Positions 49,266 through 59,737 of a DNA stretch of 64,000 bases are shown piece after piece. Source of the stretch: Promethearchaeota archaeon (GTDB lineage: Archaea; Asgardarchaeota; Lokiarchaeia; Sigyniarchaeales; SOKP01); NCBI GenBank assembly GCA_048938895.1, contig JBHLLU010000015.1, positions 1 to 64,000 of the forward strand, in the 5' to 3' direction. Under the pieces are notes generated by a model. The model saw nothing but the letters and a program-made list of their open reading frames with translations, ran no database searches and was not told the origin of the DNA. The position numbers and the translations under genes were made by a program. The stretch's first letter is position 1. Each line of letters starts with the position of its first letter.

Positions 49266-50837
49266 ATGAATGATGCTAAAATTTTAGTAATTACAGGCGC
49301 GAATGGATACTTGGGTAAGCACACCATCGCAGCAGCAATTTCTAGAGGATGGGATGTTGTAGGTATAGTAAGACGTAAAGAAGCAGCTAAAGATGTAGAA
49401 TCATTAGGCGCGAAAGTGTCATTAATTCAAGATTTTAGCATCCATTCGCTCAAAAATATACTTGTGGGTTGTAAAGCAATAATACACTTCAGGGGAGTCG
49501 TTTGTGGATCTAAAGAGATATTTGAAAACGTGAACGTGGAAGGGATGAGGATATTAGTCAATGCTGCTGAAGAAATGAATGTTTCAAGGATTATTTTTCC
49601 TTCTGGATTGGGAGTTCATTTATATGGTGAGGCCAACTGGGCTTCTAATGAATATTTTCGCTCAAAGATCGAGGCTGAGAAGATTCTAAATGAAAGGAAA
49701 GTTCCTTATATAATCTTTAGACCTTCTTATATCTTAGGACCTGGTGACGAATTAATTCCAGATTTAATTGATCAAATAGGAGACGGCAATATAGAAATAG
49801 CTGGAGCTGGTGATTTACCTTTGCAACCTATTTATGTTAAAGATGCTGTGAATGCATTTCTAGCAGCTGCAGAAGGAAGAGGAAAAGATAATCAAGTGTA
49901 CGATCTTGTTGGTCCCCAAATTATAACTATGCGTAAATTAATTGATCTGATTGTAAAGAATATGAAGAATTTAGGATTTAACGTACCTCCTCCAAGAATT
50001 CACTCTATACCATATGATAACGCTGCAAAACAGCTTGAATTATGTAAGGAGATGATTGACGTTATGCAATGTGATGTTACGTCTGATGGTACTATAGCAG
50101 CAAAAGCTTTAGGTTATAATCTCTCTAATCTTAATGAAGCAATTCAAATGTCAATAAAAGATAAGTTATTCCCAAGTGTAATTCAATCATCACAAAAAGC
50201 AATAGTAATGTTCTCTGGAGGAATTGATTCCACCACTGCTCTTTATTGGGCAAAAAAAAAGGGATACGATATAATTGCTCTTTCAATCAACTATAATTTA
50301 CGACCAAAAAGAGAAAATGAAGCAATGTTAGAAATTGCAAACAGATTAGGGGTAGAAGTAATTGAGGTTCCTATGGGTTTTTTAAAGGAAGCAATTGATT
50401 TAAGATTAGAAGGATTTCCTATTCCTAGTGTTGTTCATTCTCCAGAAGGCTTTATTCCATCGCGGAATCTGGTTTTTTATTCAATTGCAGCTTATTATGC
50501 TGAAGTTTATGGCTGTAACTATATTATTGGGGGTCACCTCTCAGCAGATACAGAACAATTTCCTGATGCTAATTTGACTTTTTTTCAATCTCTCGAGTAT
50601 TTAATAAATAAAGGCAAACATAAACGAGACAAAACTAAAATCGAAATTCTCCTCCCGTTAATTAATTTGAGGAAAATTGAGGTTGTAAAGTTAGCTAAGG
50701 ATTTAAAAGTTCCTATCGAATTAACTTGGAGTTGTTATAGTGATGGAGATAATCCTTGTGGCCAATGTTCATCTTGCCTGAAGAGGATACAAGCGTTTCA
50801 TGAACTTAACACAAATGAACCAGAATTATCTGGATAA
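49266..50837 (+). CDS. queC: Fusion of extended/atypical SDR (NAD(P)-binding) and 7-cyano-7-deazaguanine synthase
   Basis: N-half TGANGYLG, YFRSK, FRPSYILG, PIYVKD; C-half from ~50190 FSGGIDST, IPSRNLVF, FPD, TWSCY..CGQCSSC; single uninterrupted frame. Confidence 0.85.
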   Translation: MNDAKILVITGANGYLGKHTIAAAISRGWDVVGIVRRKEAAKDVESLGAKVSLIQDFSIHSLKNILVGCKAIIHFRGVVCGSKEIFENVNVEGMRILVNAAEEMNVSRIIFPSGLGVHLYGEANWASNEYFRSKIEAEKILNERKVPYIIFRPSYILGPGDELIPDLIDQIGDGNIEIAGAGDLPLQPIYVKDAVNAFLAAAEGRGKDNQVYDLVGPQIITMRKLIDLIVKNMKNLGFNVPPPRIHSIPYDNAAKQLELCKEMIDVMQCDVTSDGTIAAKALGYNLSNLNEAIQMSIKDKLFPSVIQSSQKAIVMFSGGIDSTTALYWAKKKGYDIIALSINYNLRPKRENEAMLEIANRLGVEVIEVPMGFLKEAIDLRLEGFPIPSVVHSPEGFIPSRNLVFYSIAAYYAEVYGCNYIIGGHLSADTEQFPDANLTFFQSLEYLINKGKHKRDKTKIEILLPLINLRKIEVVKLAKDLKVPIELTWSCYSDGDNPCGQCSSCLKRIQAFHELNTNEPELSG

Positions 50838-50923
50838 ATCTAAAAATGATTAATGAAAATAGACAATTTATAAGCAATTAAATTTATTTTATAGTATTAA
50901 TATTATTCTCTAAGAATAACTCC

Positions 50924-51592
50924 TTGATTTTTATGTTAAAAACTAATGGTACTGAAGAGAAGGAACTATTTGAAAATATAAGAGTAGTATGTCCCACATG
51001 CAATAAAAGTAAAGAATTGAAAATCCCAAGTAAAATCATTAATCAAAGTAAACAATTAACAACGGTTTCTATACCTTCAGGTGCTGTATGTGAACATAGT
51101 TTTCAATCCTTCGTGGATAAGAATTTTAAAGTACGTGGATATCAAAAAGTTGATTTTGAATTTGCTCATATGGAATTTTACGAAGGTGGTGGTGATTCTT
51201 TAGAGACGTCCGTAGAGGACCACATTTCAACAATGACCTCTTCACATTTATTTCAAGAGATAGTTAAAATACTCAGAAACTTTGTAGATGACAGAGAAAT
51301 CCTAGGAAGTGGTATCTTTACTACTGATGGTAACGTTTTATATTCTTCACTCCCAAGCACTACTCTCTTTTCAATTACTAAAGAATTTGAAGTACGTAGT
51401 GAGAAGAAACTGAGTGCTTTAAAAAAGATGTATTTGGAATTAGAAAACAACCAAAAGATTTGCTCTAGTTATATTGATATCCAAGATAAAAGGTTTGCAG
51501 TGGTACTATTTTTTTCCCATTTGGTGAAATTAGGAATGGGAAACTTATATCTTAATGATTTAGTTAGAAAAATTAAAAGTTTAGAAAATTAA
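50924..51592 (+). CDS. Zinc-ribbon + Roadblock/profilin-like domain protein
   Basis: CPTC...CEHSFQSFVDKNFKVRGY; C-terminal ILGSGIFTTDGNVLYSSL. Confidence 0.65.
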   Translation: MIFMLKTNGTEEKELFENIRVVCPTCNKSKELKIPSKIINQSKQLTTVSIPSGAVCEHSFQSFVDKNFKVRGYQKVDFEFAHMEFYEGGGDSLETSVEDHISTMTSSHLFQEIVKILRNFVDDREILGSGIFTTDGNVLYSSLPSTTLFSITKEFEVRSEKKLSALKKMYLELENNQKICSSYIDIQDKRFAVVLFFSHLVKLGMGNLYLNDLVRKIKSLEN

Positions 51593-51606
51593 ATAAGAGA
51601 TTTTTT

Positions 51607-52059
51607 TTAAGCTTCAAATGTTACAGGTTTTAGCGCTTTTTCAGGACAAAGTGCTTCACATCGCCCGCAGCCTTGACAGGAAGCAATTTCTCTGAACTTA
51701 AATTTTATCCCTTCAATTTCCTTTTTTTCTTTATTTTTTACTTTATCTTTATAAAAAAGATTTTTAGGACAAAAATTTCCATTTTCATCTAGACATTCTT
51801 CACACATAGTGCATTTTTCATGATCTACTTTAATACTAACTACTTGATCGGGACGAGTAATAGAAGTGACTTCAACAGCATTTCTTGGACACACAGTAAC
51901 GCAACTAAGACATGCACGGCATTTAGAATAGTCAACTAAACGAATACTATGCTCAAAATATATAGCTTTAGCCTTACATGCTCGTAAACATCGTTCACAC
52001 CTAACACATAATTCCTGATTTATCTGTACAGGAATAAATTTCTCCTTTATTCTTCTCAA
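51607..52059 (-). CDS. Polyferredoxin (4 x 4Fe-4S motifs)
   Basis: CVRCERCLRAC, CRACLSCVTVCP, CTMCEEC..FCP, CQGCGRCEALCP. Confidence 0.9.
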   Translation of the reverse strand: MRRIKEKFIPVQINQELCVRCERCLRACKAKAIYFEHSIRLVDYSKCRACLSCVTVCPRNAVEVTSITRPDQVVSIKVDHEKCTMCEECLDENGNFCPKNLFYKDKVKNKEKKEIEGIKFKFREIASCQGCGRCEALCPEKALKPVTFEA

Positions 52060-52215
52060 TTTTTATCTAACTTAGGTTGTTGTTTAGCTAAATAATCCAT
52101 TAACCTAATTTTTTCTAATTCTTTAAATTTTATATTAATCTTTATAAGCTTTCGTAAATGAACTAAATAACTCTTAAAATAAATAAAAAAGATTTGAAAT
52201 TAAAATAAAAATTGA

Positions 52216-53016
52216 TTATTGGAAATATTGAGTATATTCTTTACCTGTACCCGGTAATTGCTGCTGTTTTTGATACTCATGTGCTTTTTGAGCTAATTCT
52301 AACATTTTAGCTTTAATTTCTTTCCCTTGTTCGATTAAAGCCGCGGTATCTACTTTCAAATCATATATCTTATTCAAAACTTCTAAAATACTAGCAGCAC
52401 CTTCAGGTGTAGGAATTTCTAAAACTGGAGTGAATAATGCATAAGCATTTAATCGGTTTGTAAGAGCTTCGTTTAAAACTGTAGCTTCCGGACCGACTAT
52501 AATTCCTTTCTCTACTTTAGTAATCCCAAATTTTTCTAGATGTTCCATCATTGTCTCTTCTGCCGCATAATAAACAGGATATTCTTCAATGATACCTCTT
52601 TGAGGGATTCCTTGAAATATCACAATTTCCTTTGCACGAACATCTTCAGATAATGCCCAATTACAAATTGTTTTTGAAAGATCGTTATATGCTGATACAA
52701 CTTGGAAGGGGACTTCACAGACGCCAATTAATAAGTTATGTTGGGGGGAATAAAGTACTCTAAAAGGATGTTTTAAAACGCCCTCATAAAAAACAGAAAT
52801 AGGAGGTAGATATTCACTAGTGATAAAACCTATTTCTTTTGCATCTGGAAGCTGTTCGATTAGCGTATTAGCAACAATAGGACCAATAAGACCTATCCCT
52901 GCAAAACCTAAAACTAATGTTGCCCCCTGCTTAATTTCTACAGAAAGATCATCAATTACAACAGAACTTTTTTTACCTTTCTCACAGATATATTCTTTCT
53001 TGACCAAAATATTCAC
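52216..53016 (-). CDS. PAC2 family proteasome assembly chaperone
   Basis: LGFAGIGLIGPI, LPP, HPFR, GIIVGP, PTPEGAA, L.VDT..L; C-terminus YFQ. Confidence 0.85.
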   Translation of the reverse strand: MNILVKKEYICEKGKKSSVVIDDLSVEIKQGATLVLGFAGIGLIGPIVANTLIEQLPDAKEIGFITSEYLPPISVFYEGVLKHPFRVLYSPQHNLLIGVCEVPFQVVSAYNDLSKTICNWALSEDVRAKEIVIFQGIPQRGIIEEYPVYYAAEETMMEHLEKFGITKVEKGIIVGPEATVLNEALTNRLNAYALFTPVLEIPTPEGAASILEVLNKIYDLKVDTAALIEQGKEIKAKMLELAQKAHEYQKQQQLPGTGKEYTQYFQ

Positions 53017-53171
53017 TTCTTCTTATTTTATTGGTAATTTGTTAATAGTTGAATTAAATATTAGAATTCTATCATATTAATATTAATTTTATTTTTTAAA
53101 ATATCTACTGATTTTCTTCTAACCAAGTAATAAATCTTAAATGAAGTTACACATTAAAAAAATAAATAAAT

Positions 53172-53705
53172 GTGAAAGTGAAATTTATGGAGATAAAAGA
53201 TATAGCTGAAGGAGATAAAGCCCCTTTATTTAAATTAGAGTCTTATAATGCAGGTGATATTGATTTGGCAAAAGAAATAGGAGAAAAAAAGATTGTATTG
53301 ATTTTCTCAAGATATTTTGGTTGCCCAATCTGTCAAGTGGATCTTAGAGAATTAATGAACCGCAAAGCTGAAATTGAAAATAAGGATGCGAAAATTCTCT
53401 ACATCACACAATCGGGTGAAAAAGTTGCAAAAGAGTATATTGAAAAGGAAAAAATTGACTTCCCAGTAATCCCAAGTTCTAAGGATGAGTTGTATGCTGA
53501 ATACGGGTTAGGTTTTATGACACGTGAAGCAGTTAAACAAATTCCACTTAAATTGAAAGAAGTACAGAAGCATGGATTCAAACATGGAGCTTATGAAGGG
53601 GAAGAAAAGCAAGGGCCAGGTCAATTTGTTATAGATAAAAACGGAACATTAATTCATGCATTAAAGGGCTGGCTAGATATCGATAGTTTACTTTCTGTAC
53701 TCTAA
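53172..53705 (+). CDS. AhpC/TSA-like (peroxiredoxin-like) thioredoxin-fold protein
   Basis: GDKAPLF, SRYFGCPIC, QGPGQFVID. Confidence 0.85.
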   Translation: MKVKFMEIKDIAEGDKAPLFKLESYNAGDIDLAKEIGEKKIVLIFSRYFGCPICQVDLRELMNRKAEIENKDAKILYITQSGEKVAKEYIEKEKIDFPVIPSSKDELYAEYGLGFMTREAVKQIPLKLKEVQKHGFKHGAYEGEEKQGPGQFVIDKNGTLIHALKGWLDIDSLLSVL

Positions 53706-53902
53706 TTATCAAAAATCCTATTTCTTATTTTTTTTCAAACTTTATAAAATCTTCTTCTCATTAATACTGAGGATATCATGAGCATATTACTTAATTTCAA
53801 AATTAAAAGAAAAATTCTTAATATATATCTAGATATTTCTCGGCTATTATCAAGGAATTACACGAGAAATACAAGAAAATTATATATGCAAAATCTTAAA
53901 AA

Positions 53903-54364
53903 ATGATGATTTCAAATTTAGATCAATTAAATAATACTCTTAAGAAAATTCCAAATACATGCCACTCGAAATTTGCTCAAGATACACGGGATTGTCAAGA
54001 TTGTAGATATAGGCATAAAGGAATTTGTAAGGCTTTTTTCGAACAGGAATTTGAAATCACTCATAAAATTATGGAAAATCTTGAGCGAGGAGTAGAGGTT
54101 ATGACAAATCAAAGATTAGAGGATTCAGAACCCGTTCTTAATCTGAAAGATTTGTTTTATGAAATCAAGGTAGAATATAATAGAAATCAAGCGTCAGAAA
54201 TAATGCAACAGAAGGCTAAATATGACAATTTTAAACTACTTGCAGATATCCAAAATGTACTTCAAAATTGTAAGCATTTAACCGACAAGGATAGGTTAAA
54301 TTATTGCACTACCCAACGTTATTTCATGAAACTATATTTACGTGAGATTAACAAACCAAAATAA
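53903..54364 (+). CDS. Hypothetical protein with Cys cluster
   Basis: C..CQDC....GIC motif; 153-aa ORF. Confidence 0.55.
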   Translation: MMISNLDQLNNTLKKIPNTCHSKFAQDTRDCQDCRYRHKGICKAFFEQEFEITHKIMENLERGVEVMTNQRLEDSEPVLNLKDLFYEIKVEYNRNQASEIMQQKAKYDNFKLLADIQNVLQNCKHLTDKDRLNYCTTQRYFMKLYLREINKPK

Positions 54365-54401
54365 GTTAATCTTTTGAACATTTTAAAAGAGATAAAGACT
54401 A

Positions 54402-56093
54402 TCAATAATACTTCTTAACTTCAGTTATTACTAAATCAATTAAATCTTTAGTATTTCTTATCCCATAGAAGGTGACTTTTTCTAGAAGAGATTTGAATTT
54501 ATCTTTTGGTATTTTAGAAGCCCCTATGAAAAACCCAACTATCTTATGACCTTTTTGAACTAAATCAATCATGACTTTCTTAGATTTACTCCAATTATAG
54601 ATTCCAAAATCAGTAATAATAAATACAAGAGATTTTCTTTCCGATTTATCACATTGTTGACTAATTTCTTTAATTGGTAAGACTGTACCACCTCCTTGAT
54701 ATCTTAATAGTACACGTTCAGCTTTTTTGAAATCGGAAGTCCACTGGCAAATATCAGCAGTATTAGAAAAGTTAATTACACTAAATTTTGAGCCTTTTCC
54801 TGCAGCATAATGAAGAGAGGCAAAAGCAGCAACTAATGCTGTATGATAAGGTCCCCTGCCTCTTTCTATTCGTGAAGTATAATTCCATTTCATTGAACCA
54901 GAAGAATCTAAAACGATTAATAAGTCTGGAATTTGTCTCTCTGTAAGATGTCCAGGTCCTTTTTCATAAGCCCATTTTCTCGTAGTCAGATTAGGGATAA
55001 TAACAGGGCTATTAAGTAGAGTCTGAATTACATCTAAATCTTCTATAGGATCCCCTATTCGCCATACTTCTGGATATACAGGTAGCTGTCCACTTGGTTG
55101 TTCTTCAAGAATTTTTATTTCTATTAAGTTCTTCGCTATGCCTCTATACCACGTTGCTAACGGAACCCCATCCAATAAAATTCCCGCTTGCCTTGCGGGT
55201 CCACCATACTCAGAATAGGGGATGTTTTTTGCGAATTCTTCAGCTTTCTGTCTTCTTTCATCCTCATTCCCTTCTTTTAATTTATCAGTATTTTTATTTT
55301 CAAGGGGATTATCCATAATTTCCAGTACATCTTGAGGAACTTCAATAAATGCTCCTCCAGGACTCTTTATTTTTTCCTTACCTTTTCCACATCTTTCATG
55401 TTTGCCAATCATCGTAAACGTATCCTGTATTAAATGGTTCAAATGTCTTGCTATAATAGAAACTTTTTTCTCCCAAGTAGACTCATCTTCAATGTCTTTC
55501 ATAATCACTTTTGATACTCTCTCAGCTAATGAATCCACATTTTCCGAAGAATCATCATTTATGATATCAACATTCCAAATTTTTTCATAAGCCCTAAACA
55601 AAAATTTAGAGAAATCACTCTTTTTTCCTTTATTCTTAATATTTTCATATGTAACCCTTGCTTCCCATGTTATCAATTTTGGATATTTCTTATATAACTT
55701 ATAATCAATAATCAGGTCTGCAAAAATATTTACAACAATCGGAGCATAATTGATATTAATATTTTGCATCGCTGCTCGAAGCAGTTTGGCATTAATTAAA
55801 CCATCATAGGGAATAATTTGATAGTGAGATATTTCATGAAGAGATATAATCTGAAAGTAATCAATGTATTCTTGATCATCATTGAATAAGGGAACACTAG
55901 CAAGATTCATTGTTATTTGCCATTGATTTTCAGGATCAATATAGAATCCTTCTAGATGAGTATAATCAAAGACAAAATTAGGTTCACTTAATGGAGGATA
56001 ATAAAATTCTGCAAGGGCTTTATTAAATGCGTCTTCAGCTAGTTTTTTTATTCTACTCTCTTTACTACTTAAATCTCGACTTTTAGCTCGCAA
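54402..56093 (-). CDS. VWA-domain protein with N-terminal HExxH metallopeptidase-like domain
   Basis: LHEISHY, NIFAD; LDSSGSM (MIDAS), GGGT, IITDF. Confidence 0.85.
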   Translation of the reverse strand: MRAKSRDLSSKESRIKKLAEDAFNKALAEFYYPPLSEPNFVFDYTHLEGFYIDPENQWQITMNLASVPLFNDDQEYIDYFQIISLHEISHYQIIPYDGLINAKLLRAAMQNININYAPIVVNIFADLIIDYKLYKKYPKLITWEARVTYENIKNKGKKSDFSKFLFRAYEKIWNVDIINDDSSENVDSLAERVSKVIMKDIEDESTWEKKVSIIARHLNHLIQDTFTMIGKHERCGKGKEKIKSPGGAFIEVPQDVLEIMDNPLENKNTDKLKEGNEDERRQKAEEFAKNIPYSEYGGPARQAGILLDGVPLATWYRGIAKNLIEIKILEEQPSGQLPVYPEVWRIGDPIEDLDVIQTLLNSPVIIPNLTTRKWAYEKGPGHLTERQIPDLLIVLDSSGSMKWNYTSRIERGRGPYHTALVAAFASLHYAAGKGSKFSVINFSNTADICQWTSDFKKAERVLLRYQGGGTVLPIKEISQQCDKSERKSLVFIITDFGIYNWSKSKKVMIDLVQKGHKIVGFFIGASKIPKDKFKSLLEKVTFYGIRNTKDLIDLVITEVKKYY

Positions 56094-56154
56094 TTCTGGT
56101 ATCTAATTTATTTTTGAGTTCCTTTTAATTAAATCAATTAATCTCATATATAAA

Positions 56155-57939
56155 TTAATCCTCATGTTGGAATTGTAATTTGTATAAATTGTAAAATTCC
56201 CCCTTTTGAGCGAGGAGCTCATCAAAAGTTCCTTCTTCAATGATTTTTCCTTTGTCGAGAACAATGATCCTATCTGCAGCTCGTACAGTACTTAAACGGT
56301 GTGCAATAATTATAGATGTACGATTTTCAAGCATTTTAGATAATGCACGTTGTATTCGGAGTTCAGCTTGTGGGTCGATTGAAGAGGTTGCCTCATCTAG
56401 CAAAATAATTTTTGGATTTGTAATAAGAGCTCGAGCGAAAGAAATTAATTGTCGTTGTCCTAAAGAAAGCCAACCACCTCGTTCACCAACTTTTGTGTCA
56501 AGTCCATCAGACAAATCATAAACAAATTCAGCACTCATTAATTTCAAAACGTTTTGTATTTCTATATTAGTAGCTTCTTTTCCATAACATAAATTATATC
56601 GAATCGATTCGGAGAATAAAAATGGATCTTGAAGAACGACTCCAATTGATTTTCGTAGTGACGAGAGTGTCACATCTCTTATATCTTGCCCATCTATCAG
56701 GATGGAGCCTTCTTGAACATCATACAACCTTGAGATCAGACTAATAATTGTTGTTTTACCTGAACCAGTTTCCCCAACAATCGCTATGCATTCATTAGGG
56801 TGAATAGAGAGATCCAAATCGTCTAAAACCATAGCTTCATCTTCACCATAAGAAAATGTAACCTTTTTAAGGTCTATTTTTCCAGAATGACAATCCAACT
56901 TTTTAGCATTAGTAACCTCGGTTACTGAGGAGGGAGTATCAAGCAAAACGATAATACGCTCAAATGCCGAAAAAGAAGTCTGGATAAGAGCATATAATCC
57001 TGCAATAATCATTAATGGTTCAAGAAATGAATTAAGATATAGGATAAAAAGAAATAAGCTTCCTAGCGTTACAGCACCTTGAGTTTGTAATGTCATAGTT
57101 CCTCCAACAAATAAAACCAAAACAATTGTCAGTTTAGTATAAGTTTCATAAAATGGGCTAAAGATACTACTCCAACGGAAAGCACTTAAACCTTTTTGAT
57201 AATATTCTTCATTCAATTTATCAAAATCTAAACGATTATATTCATATCGTGCAAAAGATTGTGAAACTCGTGCTCCTGATATTTGCTCTGCCATTGAAGA
57301 TATATATTTTGCATTAAATTCTCTATATTCATCCCATTTCTTTCGGACAAAACGTCGTTGAAAAACTGCGAATATAATAATGACAGGGAAGAGAGATAAT
57401 GTTAGAAGTGTTAATGGAAGAGAAATTGACAAACAAACGATAAGTCCCCCTATTACCATAAAAAGAGATGAAAAAGCCATTAAAAACTCCCCGGAAAGTA
57501 TGGGTTGAATTGAAGCAATATCACTCGTCATTCGAGCTAGAGAATCCCCCGTTGGAGTTTTGTCAAAATAATCCATACTAATGTCTTGCAGCTTCTCATA
57601 AGTATCTCTTCTTAAGTCATGAATCGTCTTTTCACCGGCTATTAAGAGAAGCCACCTTTGAACATACATCGGAATAATTCGTAGAACTACTACTAAAAGG
57701 TATAGAAACCCGACTATTAAAAACTCTGATCTATATCCATGAGTTACATAATTGTCAAGAATTATTTTTATCATATATGGACCTAATGAGAAAAATATAG
57801 TTTGGATAATCATCATTAATAGTGAGATCAGCATCAATTTTTTATGAACAAAGAGATATTTTAACATCTTTTTTATCAAAATTCTGTCAGAGATAGTTCT
57901 CTCGGAATTTTCTTCATAAGAAACCATTTTACGTTTCAT
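56155..57939 (-). CDS. ABC exporter, fused TMD-NBD subunit
   Basis: GETGSGKT, LSLGQRQ, LLDEATS, AHRLST. Confidence 0.92.
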   Translation of the reverse strand: MKRKMVSYEENSERTISDRILIKKMLKYLFVHKKLMLISLLMMIIQTIFFSLGPYMIKIILDNYVTHGYRSEFLIVGFLYLLVVVLRIIPMYVQRWLLLIAGEKTIHDLRRDTYEKLQDISMDYFDKTPTGDSLARMTSDIASIQPILSGEFLMAFSSLFMVIGGLIVCLSISLPLTLLTLSLFPVIIIFAVFQRRFVRKKWDEYREFNAKYISSMAEQISGARVSQSFARYEYNRLDFDKLNEEYYQKGLSAFRWSSIFSPFYETYTKLTIVLVLFVGGTMTLQTQGAVTLGSLFLFILYLNSFLEPLMIIAGLYALIQTSFSAFERIIVLLDTPSSVTEVTNAKKLDCHSGKIDLKKVTFSYGEDEAMVLDDLDLSIHPNECIAIVGETGSGKTTIISLISRLYDVQEGSILIDGQDIRDVTLSSLRKSIGVVLQDPFLFSESIRYNLCYGKEATNIEIQNVLKLMSAEFVYDLSDGLDTKVGERGGWLSLGQRQLISFARALITNPKIILLDEATSSIDPQAELRIQRALSKMLENRTSIIIAHRLSTVRAADRIIVLDKGKIIEEGTFDELLAQKGEFYNLYKLQFQHED

Positions 57940-59737
57940 CCTCCACTTCTTCCATTATTTCAAGATCTAAAATACCATCAACTTGTGTTTCAAAGAGACG
58001 TTTATATATACCATTCTTAGAGAGGAGATCTATATGTGTTCCTTGCTCTGCAATAGTTCCCTTGTCCATTATTACAATCCAATCTGAGAATTTAATTGTA
58101 GAAAGTCGTTGAGTAATAAATATTGTAGTTCTATTCTTCAATAATATTTCTAATGCATCTTGGATCTTTCTCTCTGTTTTAACATCAACTGATGATAACG
58201 CATCATCAAAGATTACAATTAATGGATCCGCGAGAAGAGCACGAGCAATTGAAAGACGTTGTCTTTGTCCTCCACTTAAGGTTACTCCTCGCTCTCCAAT
58301 TATAGTATTATATCCCTCAGGAAGACTTTCAATGAAATCATGAATTTGAGATATTTTTGCAATTTGAATAATTTCTTCTTTTGTCGCTTGAGGATTTCCA
58401 AATGCGATATTTTCTTCTATTGTTCTCGAGAAGAGAAATGTTTCTTGATCACAAAAACCAATTCTTTTCCGTATTGATTCTAACTTCAAGTTCCGAACAT
58501 CTATACCATCAATCTTGACAGCCCCATTCGTCACATCGTAGAACCTGGGAATTAAATTGATCAAGGAACTCTTCCCGGACCCTGTTCCTCCCAAGAGGGC
58601 AATAGTGCTTCCCGCAGGAATTGATAAGGTAATCCCCTCTAACACTGGTTCTTCCCTATATCCAAAACTCACATCTTCAAATCGAATTTCACCTTTTCCA
58701 TCATCAGGTAAATTGATCGCCTTTGGATCATCCAATATAACGGGAACATTTTCAATCACCTGAAATATCCTTGTTCCAAGTGCCTGACCTTGGCCTAATA
58801 CGACTCCAAGACGGGTTATATGATTTATCGGGACGAAAAGACGTCCGGAAAGTCCAATGGCTGCAATAAGTGCTCCTACCGTCATTTTATTATCCATAAC
58901 TAAGGTTCCCCCTAATAATATTACTATTGAAACTAATACCCCCCCAATTAAAAGCATTTGAGGCCAAATCGCTGCCTGATATTTATGTGCTTTTATCATA
59001 AAATCACGATATTGAGAATTATCTCTATCAAATCTTACTAGATCTTTTTGTCTTGCGTCAAATACTCGTGAAACAATCGCTCCTGCAATATTCTCCTGCA
59101 TTACTTTGTTAAGCATGCCAATTTGTCTTCGAGCATCAAAATATAATGGCCAGAATTTCTTCTTAAAATTCCTTGTTGTAAACCACATTAAAGGTAAAAA
59201 AATTAAACTGATGATTCCAATTAAAGTGTTGGTAGTAAATAACAATAATAATAGTAAGGTAAATTCGGATACCATTAACGTTCCATTAATTGGTATAGCA
59301 AAAAAGAAATCTGCAACTATGCCTATATCAGACGTGGACCGGGAAATGATTTCACCAGTACTGTGATCACCAAAATATTTGTGAGATTGTCTTTGAAGTG
59401 AGTCAAATACATCTTCCCGGAGTTTTTTAAATATACCCTGATGTAAATTCCCCACAAAAAGAAATGCAAAGCCTTGAGCAAGGAATCCGGATAATGCTAT
59501 AAAGATGAGAAGTAATAAGTATAATATAATTTTTATACTAGAACTTTCAAGATTTTCTAGACTTTCGTATAAAGCATCGAAGGCTAGACCTGTTACATAT
59601 GGTGTGCTTGACCACACAATGCCCCAAACAGCAGTACAAACTATTACCAAGAGCATGGTACCCTTTTTTGACGAAAAGTACCCGAACATTTTTTGAAGAG
59701 TGTTTTTTTCTCCATCCTTGATTTTCACTTTTCTCAC
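57929..59737 (-). CDS. ABC exporter, fused TMD-NBD subunit (degenerate site; heterodimer partner)
   Basis: GGTGSGKS, LSGGQRQR, FDDALS (Asp for catalytic Glu), TQRLST (Gln for switch His); overlaps partner gene. Confidence 0.92.
   Translation of the reverse strand: MRKVKIKDGEKNTLQKMFGYFSSKKGTMLLVIVCTAVWGIVWSSTPYVTGLAFDALYESLENLESSSIKIILYLLLLIFIALSGFLAQGFAFLFVGNLHQGIFKKLREDVFDSLQRQSHKYFGDHSTGEIISRSTSDIGIVADFFFAIPINGTLMVSEFTLLLLLLFTTNTLIGIISLIFLPLMWFTTRNFKKKFWPLYFDARRQIGMLNKVMQENIAGAIVSRVFDARQKDLVRFDRDNSQYRDFMIKAHKYQAAIWPQMLLIGGVLVSIVILLGGTLVMDNKMTVGALIAAIGLSGRLFVPINHITRLGVVLGQGQALGTRIFQVIENVPVILDDPKAINLPDDGKGEIRFEDVSFGYREEPVLEGITLSIPAGSTIALLGGTGSGKSSLINLIPRFYDVTNGAVKIDGIDVRNLKLESIRKRIGFCDQETFLFSRTIEENIAFGNPQATKEEIIQIAKISQIHDFIESLPEGYNTIIGERGVTLSGGQRQRLSIARALLADPLIVIFDDALSSVDVKTERKIQDALEILLKNRTTIFITQRLSTIKFSDWIVIMDKGTIAEQGTHIDLLSKNGIYKRLFETQVDGILDLEIMEEVEDET

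Noticed and set aside
49266-50837. QueC as an anti-phage QatC/Dpd component
   Set aside because: Canonical short QueC next to queD; no qatA/B/D, dpdA or other defence genes nearby
53172-53705. AhpC-like protein as a second selenoprotein
   Set aside because: The active site is CPIC encoded by TGC/TGT, with no in-frame TGA and no SECIS-like hairpin seen downstream
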